NCBI RefSeq assembly: GCF_964194025.1
Contig: NC_134481.1
Coordinates: forward strand, 11,656,001 to 11,720,000
From: Convolutriloba macropyga
Taxonomy: Eukaryota
Direction of reading: 5' to 3'
DNA: 64,000 bases
The translations under genes and the position numbers were made by a program. Positions 25,944 to 38,895 of the stretch are shown here, piece after piece. The notes below the pieces were generated by a model. That model did not search any database. It saw only the letters and a program-made list of their open reading frames with translations, and was not told the origin of the DNA. How positions within the stretch are numbered: the first letter of the stretch is position 1; each line of letters begins with the position of its first letter.

Positions 25944-27116
25944 TTGCTACACGAATGAATGTCATTTTAAATTTGAACATGATCATTAATGACTTATGGA
26001 TTTAAATACAATTCAAACTCACAGAAATTTCTTAAAATTAAGGAATATATAATGGGGGAAGTTGTGGCAATATTGTGTCATGAAATTTTCAAGAAATGAG
26101 AGTCTGTAACTGCAAATTGCTATTAACGGCCTCTTGATTCATCATAATGAAAAAAACTTTAAATTTTAATTCAAAGCAAGCAAAGCTTACCAGCAAGTTT
26201 TAATTGCTTTGCAGTACAAATAATTATGATAATTTTAACTGCAATTTTTTTATCAATGAGTCTTTAGGAGACTCTAAATGTCACCACAATAAGAATACTG
26301 TACAGGTTTAAACAACACTTTTTTGAAAAATGAACCTTAAATGTTTGTCATGATCAAATCCAGGTAAAATCAGTGTATTTTTTGGGATGCTTCCCAATAA
26401 AACGTAAACAAGGTTAAAAATTTCTCGAAAGTTTTACTTCCATCAGTATATGGAAAAATTAAGTTGACCAAAGACAACCTGCATGCAAAATGGCCTTTTC
26501 TATAAAAATAGTTTCCAAAAAAGACTTTATGCTGGTAACAGGAACTAATAAGGAAATTGTTGATGCTTTTCTGTGTCCTTTAGTTTATCTGTTTAATCAC
26601 AGAAAAAACGTTAACTCATTTTTCCCCCGGATGAAGCGGAGGATTAAGATCTGTAACTTCTGTAAAAGGAATGGGTTAGCATTTTTTTCGTAATTGACCG
26701 GACGTCATTTAATTTAACAAGACTAGTTTCAGTAAATACTAGAGTTTTAGTATTTACAATGATCTTCTGGCATTTCTGAAGATTAAGGTTCTCATGTTTA
26801 CTATTTCTGTCTTCCCTCATATTTCCGCATAATGAAAATTAATTGTTCATGAATTGTTAGGTTTGAAGATGTTGTTCTTGCTAAGTATATTGAACTGCTT
26901 CGAGGCATCAATTAACTAGGCTTCATTAAAGCTCATGGAAGACCTGTCAGACCTGTCTTGGTTTTTATTGAATTATTAACATGTTATTAGATTCTGAAAA
27001 CCAAATTATTCTTTCATTTCAATTCTTTATATCAATAATATAAACGGTCGTTGTTAGACGAAGCCACTTTTACATAAAATTTCCTTTTCAAATGAAACTG
27101 GAGACATTTTTGACAG

Positions 27117-27425
27117 TGGTGAATCATCGGACGGGCAATTTGACCCGAGCAGTTTACCCCAGCAAGATCAGACGGACGGCTTTTCCCCCTTCGCAAATTC
27201 CGTCCCTTACGACCCCTACCTCGGGTACCCAAAAGGCATCGGATCAGAAGACCCCGAACAAACCGAGTTAAGTTCCGGTCTTCTTGGAAACCGAGACGAA
27301 AGCGATAGTTCGGGTCAAACTGGCGGACGCAATTCGGGAGGAAATTCGGCTAATTCAGCATCAGCTAATAAAGAGCCCGAAGATTTAGTTGAGGATGAAG
27401 AAATACCGCCGCCGCCCTCAAGAGA
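27117..27425 (+). CDS. DUF4587 gene exon, 309 nt, acidic G/S-rich low complexity (GESSDGQFDPSS...EDEEIPPPPSR)
   Basis: tttttgacag acceptor, open frame in phase with the previous exon, GC-rich; donor GA|GTAAAA at 27426; symmetric phase 2/2. Confidence 0.7.
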
Positions 27426-28172
27426 GTAAAATGAAATTAGACGAAAGTGAATTTGGACGAAAAGCCAGAATCGGTTAAACAGACATCTGATGCACTCAAA
27501 CACTGTAAAAAGGTACATTTTGAGTTAACGAAAAAAAAACTGATGCTCAAAATTGTTTTCAAATTCGATTCGCGCCTAAATATTTCCAAATTCTGTATTT
27601 CTCCATTTCTGATTCTATTTGAACTGATTTTAAACTTCCTGTTAGCTCAAAATGTACCTGTGTCAGTAATATGGTTGGCCCTTCGCTTGATTGACTTTAC
27701 TTCGTGTCGCGTTGATTGTACAATTTGCTTTTAATTGATTAATTGATTCGCTTAGATTGCAAAATTTTAATCTTTATTGCTTGTCCCTTCTGTTTATCCA
27801 ACAACATCTCGGCTGGAATAATTAATTTTACTTATGTTTTCTTATATAATTCTCGTAATAAGGAAATAAATGATAAAATAAAGGCTCAATCAAAACCAAA
27901 ATTAACGTTGAACATTTCGTTCTTAACTAACTTCGGTGCTTCTGGGGCGTTTATTTCATAATTTGTTTCCATACTGGGAAATACATTTTAAATTAATTGC
28001 CAAATATTGTAAAAATAATCTTCAAAACTCAATCGGGAACTAAATCTTCTTCTAACTTCAAAATTCTTTTTCACTTCAAATTCTTCTTTTCACTTCAAAA
28101 TTATCGTCGAATAATATGTTCAAAGTTTGTTGTTAGTGATGATAAAACTTTTGAGGGTTGCTTTGTTTTCAG

Positions 28173-28222
28173 ACCTCTACCTCCAACACCCAAAGCAGAG
28201 CCCAAATCAAACAATATTGTGT
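28173..28222 (+). CDS. DUF4587 gene exon (PLPPTPKAEPKSNNIV)
   Basis: ctttgttttcag acceptor, GTAAGT donor at 28223; phase 2 in, phase 1 out. Confidence 0.75.
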
Positions 28223-28441
28223 GTAAGTTCAATTCATTCGAAAGTTTTTCTTTGTTTTAGGGATTGGGTTTAGGAATTTTCTGACCTTTCTATCGAAAAG
28301 AAATTCTGAGTTCTGAAAAGTGTCGATCTTGGAAAAATTTTGTAAAATTCTTGCCAAAAATTTATGAATGCGTTGAAAAGCGCCGAAATTATGTCACAAT
28401 TGCAGGGGGTTACCTTGTATTGTCAAAACTCTTTGTTTCAG

Positions 28442-28470
28442 ATCTTCCGCAGCCCAAAATCAAGAAATGA
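28442..28470 (+). CDS. DUF4587 gene last coding exon ((Y)LPQPKIKK-stop)
   Basis: ctctttgtttcag acceptor, phase-compatible, TGA 28468-28470, AATAAA at 28595-28600. Confidence 0.65.
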
Positions 28471-29769
28471 AGAAAATGAACGACTATTGATCAAAAATCA
28501 GCAATGTACTCAACATTTAACCCTCAAAAATTTGCTCTGTAAATAGTTCCCACTCTTTAGCAAAAAGAAATTATTGTTTGAATATATTGTTTTGAATAAA
28601 TCACTGTATGCTTTATTGCAAATCAATTATTAAAGCTCGACTTTAATATTAAAACCAGGCATTTAATTTTTTTCGACGAGGTGGTTTGAACGACAAGTTT
28701 CCTTCGAAGCAAAATTTTGTGTTATGCGAAAAATTTTTGCTTAGAAGATTTTTGTTGGTATACGTTTATCGGCTGCTGAAACAAATTAACTCACTGTCGG
28801 TGCTGACTGTTTTTGAAATTTCATAGTCACTTATTGCAGAATATTTTTCCGCAATTGAAAACTGAACTTCTACTATGTTTTTATAACTAAACTGATAATG
28901 CCAACTGCAACTGAAGGCAATCAAAATTCGAGACAGTAGTTTTAGTTTTTGTTGACCTAAATTTGAAATCCGATTTAGACATCAGTTTTTGAACTGAAAA
29001 CTATAGCGTTTATGTTATTCAGTTTTTGATTTGGACAAAAGTATCTTTTAGAACGCTTAATATTTTTGAAAGAATAAAATTTCATTTGTTCAGAAAACGT
29101 ATTGAAAAAAAGATGAAGCCATGAATTCAATTTTATTCGGAAGCCCGCAATTTATACTATGAATTAACGAATGAACACCTTTGAAAATGGCTGTACGAAT
29201 CTCTGAAAAAAGTAAAATGTAGAATAGTAAAACAGAAAGCAAATCGTCCCACATTAACAGAAGACATTTATTCGAAAAAACAGAGCCTGTTTTCTTACAC
29301 CAATGGGAAACAGGCTTGAAAACTTATCCAATATTTTTTCTGCATTTCTTCAACGTGTTTTTCCCTTATTGGGTAAAACCCTCGCGAAAAAAACTCATTG
29401 ACACACAATCTCTGCTTCAAGCTGGAAACTAACATTTAAATTGCACAAAAAATAACACAAAAGAAAATTCTAAAATGCTAAGTGCTCAGGACAAAAACGA
29501 AAACAAAAATTCGATTTCCCATGCGTTACATATTCTACGTCCACACCGAATCGAAGCCTCAAACCAATCTACCAAAGCATCGAAACTTTAATGCAAAGTT
29601 TCATTACCACTCAAATTAAAAATTTTAATAATCTGTTTTCCACTTAATTTTTCCGTCACTTTGAAAATTTTTCCGTCACCTCGAAATACCTAAGAGCGAA
29701 AATAGAGTAGGAGCACGAAAACGCATTCTGGATGTGATTTACTAATACTCTTTCTTTGCAAACATTCTT

Positions 29770-30395
29770 TGCAATATGATACCTCAAAACCATTTTTTTC
29801 TCACCGGAATATTTACTATTTTTTCCTGCTCAGCGTTGATAAGGAGAGAAATTCATAATGATAGAAGAAGTTCAAATTGATAGGAGAAGGACAAAAAAAT
29901 TATTTAAATAAAAAATGCGTTGCCTTGATATCAGTAATTATGAGCCAATAAATTCTCCATATTCCTTCGGCAGTAAAAATCAAGGAAATCGATGTTTGCA
30001 ACAAAACGTTATTGTTGGAATTCAGGAGTTTTTTGCTCTACGAACAGAGTGTGCCGCTACAGGAATTTTTGGGCTCATTTAATGGCTGGAATAATTGCTG
30101 TAAGCGAATAACTTGAACGCTCAGCTATCTAGCTCGCATATAGATGAATTTGAGGCATTCAGTAGTGTCTCCTCGAGGGCCATGGTTATGCCTATGGGCC
30201 TTGTTATGAATCTATCACAAAAAGAACAAAATATCGCGACCAAAAAAAGCTTTTTCGCGATAACATTTTTCCGCTTTCGGTTATTGTCTCCTTTCAGTCT
30301 ATTATTCAGTCTCATTTTAGTCTCCGTTTGGGTAATATTCACGGAAACGACGTTTCACGTCCCAAATGTCCTGTAACTGGTTATCACAATTAAAG
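29770..30395 (-). pseudogene. Possible decayed rhodopsin-like GPCR fragment (TM5-TM7)
   Basis: Minus-strand pieces VITSYRTF..., RKRKNVIAKKLFLVAIFCSFC...PIGI and FFVLLLSI*TSSIIMNF...AGKNSKY occur in TM5, TM6, TM7/helix-8 order, with stops and frameshifts. Confidence 0.3.
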
Positions 30396-30449
30396 TACTT
30401 TTAAAGTACTTTTGTTTTTAGGTGAATTTGCACTTCCTCACTCAGATTG

Positions 30450-33400
30450 AACCTGACAAGAAACTATATCAATCAAACAAAGTATCACAATACCCGTTAT
30501 GAGTGAATAAAAAGCTGAAAACGATTTTGATAAAATGTTTCTCAACTATGGAATGTAAATATCAAAATAAAACAGCTTTTTATTGGGCTAATTCGGAGTA
30601 CGTGCTTTTAAAGTGGTGGAACACTGTTTAAACTGCGTCTAACTTGTGGTTTTTTGCCTGATCAAAATCATTTTTTCAGAAATTGCGAAGTGGACACAGA
30701 ATTTTTCAAAAGATTGGGAAATTTTCGAAACTGAACCAAAGGGCTACTCTATACCAGAGCCAAATCATGCAGGAAAATTGTTTAAATCACAAAATTATAC
30801 TCTACTGGAATGTCTGACTCAGAAATTTTGCAAATTGATCTCAGCTTTTTTTCTAAAGCTGCTTTCCTTCTTCAGTGTGGCAATAATCAACACCAGTAAT
30901 TTCACAACAACATGCAAACAACTTACAGAAAAGAAGTTAAAAAACGGCTATTGCACCAACAATGTGGTAAAATTAGCCATCAAGCAAAAGTTGAAAATAA
31001 GAAGAACCGTTAATGAGCGTTGCATATGAGGCGTTATCTCAGTTTTAATTTCTTATATTTTGAAGCCTTGAAGATATAATGTTTCTTTAAATGTTCCAAT
31101 AGATCTGTTGAGCAATTTGTTATCTGTATTCAGTAACAATTTTATTGGAGTAAAAAAAATTCGGACGTTACCGATTGAAACATAAGCAGGCTGCCTTAAA
31201 AAATTCAGTGAAATGGGTAATTCTTTAAAAATATGTCCGAAACAACATTCTCATCCACAAAAATAGCTGTTTCAAAACTGCCATTTGAATTATTTGTGTA
31301 AGTGCTTTGTTGCAGTATATTATTGGAAAGAAAGCTATTTAAATCAAACAAAGGATCACATTACTCATTATGAGTGAAAAAAAGCTGGAAAAAAGTTTGA
31401 ACAATTTTTTTTCAACTATTGAATCTAAACGTCAAATAAAACAACTTTTAATTTGGATATTTTGGAGAAAAACCTCTATTGCACCAACAGTATGGTAATT
31501 TTAGCCATGAAGCAAAAATTGAAAACAGGAAGAGCAGTTAATGAGCGTTGTGTATTAGACCTTATCTCAGTTTTAGCTTCTTATATTTTCGAAGCCTTAA
31601 AGATGTAATGCATCTTTATTTATTCCAATAGATCTGTTCAGCAATTTTTATTCTCTGTCTTTAGTAAAAATTTTATTAGAATAAAAAAAATGAGGACACC
31701 ATAGATTGCAATATAAGTGGACTGCAATAAAGAATAGGTCTATTAGGTACTTCTCTTTAAATGCGTCAAACGCAACAATGTTCACTGAAAACTGTCGAAA
31801 TTGTTATTGAAAAGATTTGTGTTAGTGCTTCGTTGCAATACATTATAAAAAACGAATCTATTTCAATCAAACAAAAGAATAAGTTACCCGTTTTGAGTGA
31901 ACAAAAAGCTGAAAAAATTTTGATATTTTTTTTTTCATCTATTGAATATAAAATCAAATAGAACATTGTTTTAATGGGCTATTTCGGACTGAATGTTTTG
32001 TCAGATTTAGTTTGGAGATGTACTGTTTAAACTGCGTCCAATTTGTTATTTTTGCTTGATCAAAATTATCAAACAAAAATAGCCACAAAATGCGAAGCAG
32101 ACACAAATTTGGCAAAAATATTACAGAAGTGTTGAAGTTGACCCAAGGGGCTAATCTAGACCAGCGAGAAATCAAGCAGGAAAATAGTTTAAGTAGCAAA
32201 AATCTACTCCGTCGGAATGTCTGACTCTAATTTTGCAATTAGATATCAGTTTCCTTCAGTTTCAATGGAAAAGAAGCGTTATAGAAGCTCGTTATGTCGC
32301 AAAACCACTAGCCGTAAACTACTTTTTTTCTTCAGTCCGAGATCAATCACCATCAGTAATTTCAATCACAATACATAAACATGTTTTAGAAAAGAAGTTA
32401 AAAAAACTGCTAATGCGCCAACAATGTGGTAAAATTTTTAGACTCAAGCAATAGTTGAAAATAAGAAGAATAGGTAATGAGCGTTACATATCAGGCGTTA
32501 TCTCAGTTTTAGTTTCTTATATTTTCGAAGCCTTGAAGATGTAAGGCATCTTTATTTATTCCAATAGATCTGTTGAGTAATTTCTACTATCTGTCTTTAG
32601 TAAAATTTTTATCAGATTTGAGAAAATTAGGACATTATGGATTGCAATATAAGTGGACTGCAATAAAAAAATTAGTCAATTAGTTACTTCTTTTTATATG
32701 CGTCAAACCCAACAGTTTTTCCCAGAAACTGTCAAAACTGTTATTGAAAAGATTTGTGGAAGTGCTTCGTTGCAGTACATTATAAAAAACGAAACCATTT
32801 CAACCAAGCAAAAGAAGACATTAACCGTATTGAGTGAATAAAAAGCTGATAAAAATTTTGATAGATTGTTTTTCATCTAATGAATGTAAAATCAATCAGA
32901 AAATTATTTTATTGAGCTATATTGGACTCCGTGTTTTTTCACATTTAGTGTGGTGAAGTACTGTTTAAACTGCGTCTAACTTGCTGTTTTTGCCTGATCA
33001 AAATTATCAAACAAAAATAGCCACAAAATACGAAGCAGACACAAAATTGGCCAAAAGATGACAGAAGTGTTGAAGTAGACCCAAGGGCTAATCTAGACCA
33101 GCAACAAATCAAGCAGGAAAATAGTTTAAGTAGCAAAAATCTACTCCTTCGGAATGTTTGACTCAAATTTTGCAAAAAGATATCAAATTTACTTAGCTTC
33201 AATGAAAAGAAACATTATAGAAACTCACTATGTCGCAAAACCACTAGCCTTAAACTACTTTTTTTCTTCAGTTTGAGAAAAATCATCATCAGTAATTTCA
33301 TTCACAATACATAAACATGTTATAGAAAAGAAATTAAAAAAGCTGCCAATGCAACAAAAATGTGGTAAACTTAGTAGCCATCAAGCAATACTTGACAATA

Positions 33401-34485
33401 AGAAGAATAGTTAATGAGTGTTGTATATCAGGCGTTATATCAGTTTTAGTTTCTAATTTTTTTGAAGCCTTGAAGATGTAAGGTATCTTTATTTATTCCA
33501 ATAGATCTGTTGAGTAATTCTTACTATCTGTCTTTATTAAAATTTTGTTTCAGATTTGAAAAAATAAGGACATTATAGATTGTAGTATAAGTGGACTGCA
33601 ATAAAGAAAAAAAGTCAATTAGGTTCTTCGTTTTAAATGCGTCAAACCCAACAATCTTCACAAAAAAAACTGTCAATTTTTTTATTGAAAGGATTTGTGG
33701 AAGTGCTTCGTTGTAGTACATTTTAAAAAACGAAACTATTTCAATCAAACAAAAGAAGACGTTACCCGTTTTGAGTGATAAAAAAGGTGGTAAAAATTTT
33801 GATAGATTTTTATCGTCAAATGAATGTAAAATCTATTAAAAAACGATTTTATTGAGCTATATTGGGCTGCACATGCTTTGTCACATTTAGTGTGGTGAAG
33901 TACTGTTTAAACTGCGTCTAACTTGCTGTTTTTGCCTGTCCAAAACTATCAAAAAAAATAGCTACAAAAATGCGAAGTAGACTCAAAATTGGTCGAAAGA
34001 TTACAGAAGTGTTGAAGTTGACCCAAGGGGCTAATCTAGACCAGCGACAAATCAAGCAGGAAAATACTTTAAGTAGCAAAAATCTACTCCTTCGGAATGT
34101 CTGGTTCTATTTTTGCAAATAGGTATCAATTTTCCTTAGTTCCAATGAAAAAGAAACATTATAGAAACTTGTTATGTCGCAAAACCACTCGCCCTGAACT
34201 ACTTTTTTTCTTCAGTTCGAGAAAAATCATCATCAGTAATTTCATTCACAATACATAAACATATTATAGAAAAGAAGTTAAAAAAAAACTGCTAATGCAC
34301 CAACAATGTGTTAAAATTAGTAGCCACCAAGCAAAAGTTGAAAATAAGAAGAACAGGTATTGAGCGTTGTATATCAGGCGTTATCTCAGTTTTAGTTTCT
34401 TATATTTTCGAAGCCTTGAAGAAGTAAGGCATCTTTAATTATTCCACTAGATCTGATGAGCAATTTTGTTATCTGTATTTAATAA
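30450..34485. repeat. Tandem array of a ~940-bp AT-rich unit: about three full copies plus degenerate partial copies on the left
   Basis: Marker ttat.tcagtttta at ~31033, 31562, 32498, 33435, 34381; marker actgtttaaactgcgtc at ~30622, 32022, 32960, 33902. Confidence 0.9.
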
Positions 34486-37400
34486 AACAAGGCGGCTCGG
34501 TAATGTGCGATGGCACATAAAGTTCCGACCCCGCCCATCCACAATTTTGGCATAATTGTCTACCAAATAAGGAACAGATAGAAAAATCCAAAAATTATTT
34601 TTTGCGAATCCCAAAAAAACCCAAGACTTTTTCAAAAAATTCTGTATGAACGATAAGATAGCCTCCAAAGCAAATAACTCAGTGGAGAAAAAATTGATGC
34701 ATTAGATTGCTGTAATATGTCAATATTAAGAAAGCGAGTCAAGACGAACAGCAAAATTAAACAACAACAACAACAAACATCAATTACATCAAAAAATTTA
34801 TGTCCTCTTAAAAACTAAATTTAATAACAAAGTCAACATACCGCCAGATAAACCTAAAACTAAACAAAAATAACTTAAAAATCACCCGAAAACATATGCG
34901 ACCAGTCCATAAAGAGGTTTGGTAACAATTATACAAAAGAACAAAAACAGTAAATTAAAAAAGGTAACTTATTTTTTTGAAACAGTTAACTTCAAAGTAA
35001 TAAATACCAATAGGAATCAATCAATATTATCACAAATTTACGGTTACCACTGCTTCTCTAGAAAGGCATTAGGACCTGTCCTTATTCATTTTTTAAAACG
35101 GCTAAATAGAACAACAAAGAATAAACAAAATTGAAACTTGCCAGAAAACGCCGTCAAAACCGTCAAGCCAAATTTTGGCACTAAAAATGTATTTGATTGC
35201 GCCTTCTTCAAACAGCTATAATGTAGCACGTAGCCATTCATTAGTAAGACTAGGTAACAAATAGACAAAAAAGCGAAGTGCTAAAGTATGCAATACTTTT
35301 AATTTTTTTTTCGAAACAAAATTACATTCAATGTCATGAAAGGCTTTAATTACAAAAAGAGCTAATTAAATAGGGTAGTTTATTCATGAAAATGAAGCCC
35401 TCGAGACATGTAATTATCCAGAATATTTCTTGCGTCTACAAAGAGAACGTCAAATATGACAAAAATCAAATTAATTTACTTTTTTTTTGTGAAAAACCGG
35501 TGTCGAAGCCAGTAAGGTCATAACAAATTCTTTTTAAAAAAAGATTTTGGGACACTAATCCTTTTATTCCCTTGACACCCATAATGTCATATTTTACCTG
35601 TAATTAACTCACGAGATTAGGTAACAAAAAGAAACATAAAAAGAACAAAATTGCGAAGTTAAAAATTTTTTTTTTAATTTTGGAAAACGATTGTTTTCAA
35701 AGTCATGAAAGCCATCAGCTATCAACTAATATCAGAATTTCGGTTCTTCTGTTTTTTCATGAAAAGCCAATGAAAGCTATCACTCTACAGGAAATTTTAT
35801 ACGACCGAAACGACAAAGTATAAATGACAATTAGAGAAAAAATATAAAAATTCAATTGATTTCTTCAAGAAAGAGGCGTCGAGGCCATTAAAACGATGAT
35901 GTATATCTTTCAAACTTTTAATATGTTCAATTGTGCCTTATTCTGAATGCTAATAAGGTGACATGAGAACTGACAACAATGTGATAATGTGACAAAATTA
36001 GAAAACGTGAAAAACTGGCAAATATCAAAACAAACAAAAATCTAAAATCTTGTAGTATCAAAGCTATAAAACAATAACTTCAGGCTTAAAACTGCAACCG
36101 AGAATAAATGTTAAATCAGTAGAAAGAAGAATCAGTCTTTCTTTGCTGACACGGAAGTTGAACAAATTAAGAAAAAAAATAGAGGAAAAGTTATTTGAGC
36201 CATTATTTATTGAAAAGTCAATTATTTTTAAAAAAAGAAACGACCATAAACTTTCAATTAAAAAACTAAATGCATTAGCTTGGAGCTGCTTAGCAAGCGA
36301 ATTGGTTGGACCTATCACTCCTGAACTTTGATTTGATATGTTCTGTTCTTTATTATTAAAAAAAGTCTTTTTTTTTTAAAAAAAGACCGACTGATTACAA
36401 TCCGATTTTTTTTGGATTGTAACAGTCCAAGAATGGCCCAAAACTAGCCCTGCTAAAATTAATTGTCCGTTAGGAACAATTGATTTTTCGAATGTTGTAG
36501 ATTTAGATAATTTGTTAGTTAAAAACTCAAAATAAATTCTGCTTTTTTGATAATCAACGAGTAAAGTTAGCAAAAAACGGCAAAGTTTTAACTACAGTGC
36601 ACTCTCAGCGGACTTTGAAGTAGAAATAGCCCCCCTCTGAGTCTACAAAGATTGTATGAGTGTTGTTTGGGGTGTAATTTTGGCAAATTTAAGCAAAGTG
36701 GACTAAAGTAGCTTATTTCGTGCTGTTTTTGATGAAAATTTTGAAATGTTTATCCAGATTTTTTGACCAAATAAATTAAATCAAAACATTCAACAATGCT
36801 TGTTCGTCTTCAAAAAAAAAATCAACGACACTATTCTTAAAAATTACAACAAATTTTAGCAAAATTGACGAAAATTTAGTCAAAAATTCCGGAAAATGTG
36901 AATAAAAACAACGTGAATTCACGCTTCTTTTCTCAGAAGTTTAAACCTCGATAACTCCCTGTAGAAAACGAAAATTAAAAAAATCTTTTTTATTCCATAT
37001 TTTACGCTGGACGAGCTTTCTAATGATACCAGTCTCAACTCTCTACGATGAATATATCGAGCGGCGAAAATTCACGGAACAAAAAAAACCCATTTGAGTA
37101 TATAGTTCCTCCCCCCTCAATAGGGTGGGAACAATTATATTGAAGTAAAAAGATCGGACGTTAAAGATTGCAATAAAATGGGAGTGCAGTAAAAAAAATA
37201 AATCAGATAGGTCTTTTTTTGTAACTGTGTCAGAAACAACACTCTCGTCCACAAAACTAGCTGTCAGAAATGTTATTGAAAACAATTGTGTTGCAGTACA
37301 TTATAGAAACATGAGATTAGAGGACTATAAAGAACCGCCGAATGTCAACTTCTAATTGATCACCCATTACCATTTTTCCATGATTAGACATATAAAACCT

Positions 37401-38653
37401 TGAAACAGGAAATTGAAAAAAATGAAGAAAAGTACAAGAGAAATCAAATAAGTAGTAACAGAGAAAGCAAATCAGAAATCATACAGGGCATTTTGATTAC
37501 TGAGTTTTTCCCTCCCTATTTTTGGAGAACTTCTTCACAGGCCACGGACGACAAAATGCAAAACGGCAAAAAGGAAGAACACAAATACTAAGAATCAGAA
37601 ATCCACCGATAGCAGATTTTGTCTCATATTAATCGACATTGTTAAAGGTGAATCAAAACGGAAAAAGCAGGACACCAAAAACCAAAAAGCCCGTAGTGGG
37701 ACTGACTGATAGAATTTCAGTCTTTGATGTCTTTTTGTCTTTCAAAAAACCCCAGCAGCAGATATTAACAACATCAAATTCTTAATAACAGCTGCAGGTT
37801 GAAATTTATTTCTTATTTAGTTCAAGAACTACCATTTTTATACTGCTTCTCAGTCTATTATTAGATAACGTTGTCTCTTTACCAGGCAAACTGCTTTCTA
37901 AAGTTAATTAACCCCACAAACTGAGCTAAATCTAACAAACTTTAGTATGAAGCTCATGCTGAATTTACTTAGGACAACTACTCGTAATAAAAGCATCCAC
38001 ATGTACTGTACAGGACATTAAATTTTCATTTGCCCTCTCCCGTGTATTATGATTGCAAAATGAATTTCTGTTGTATATTCGACTAAATATAGACGCTGCC
38101 CATAAATTCCAATTCCCAGCTAGAGATGGACTGTAATTTGGAGTGACGTAAAAGGCTTTATGTCCAATAAGGAATAATCTAGTAAAGAATAGGAGGGGAG
38201 GGGTGTCAAAGTTCGCATGAGTAAGATATTTCAGACCCAAATTTGGTACAAAATCGAGCTGTCAAACACTGGTCGAGGTATCAACGCTAAAAACTGCAAG
38301 CATAGGTTTGCGGTGAATAGGGTGAATTTTCGGAAGACTTGCAAGGAAAAGCAATCAACGCGATGAATGAAGTGAAATTTTTTCTCACCACTAAAAATTG
38401 CAATTCATACGAAAAATCACCGTTTGCAAAATTTGCTAGACATTTTAGTAACAATTGTGGAGAAAGATAGCGGTGACAATCTTAGACCATCAATAGTTCG
38501 ATAACTGTATTCCAAAAATTTTGCTAGATCTTGAAATGATAATCTTCTGCAAAAATCTTGCAAGATCTTACAAGATAGTCATATACTGTTTAGCACCTCG
38601 GAAACCTCGACCCGTAAATTAATGCTTCATAAATTAATGTGACAGAAAAATTA

Positions 38654-38869
38654 CTACAATTTTGGTCGCATCACAAGTCGGGCTCCTTTAGTTTTCTCTT
38701 CCTTCCCGGCTGTGAGTTCTTTCAAGTTGCCTCTGGAGAATTTCGGACAGTTTTGAAGGGGGACTCGTCTCTGGGGTAGAAATATACCCATGTCAATCAT
38801 CTTCCAGTGTAAAACTCGGAGGCTGAAGGGGTTGGGTTTCTGTTCACGTGACAGTACCCAGGATCCGCT
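38654..38869 (-). CDS. Lipocalin A exon 3 (SGSWVLSREQKPNPF...PLQNCPKF...RPKL-stop)
   Basis: Contains the lipocalin SCR3-like WVLSR and a C-terminal Cys (QNCP); CAG acceptor at 38872-38870 has no pyrimidine tract; TAG at 38656-38654. Confidence 0.7.
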   Translation of the reverse strand, partial: SGSWVLSREQKPNPFSLRVLHWKMIDMGIFLPQRRVPLQNCPKFSRGNLKELTAGKEEKTKGARLVMRPKL

Positions 38870-38895
38870 CTGTTTTGATCTTGATTACCAAATGC

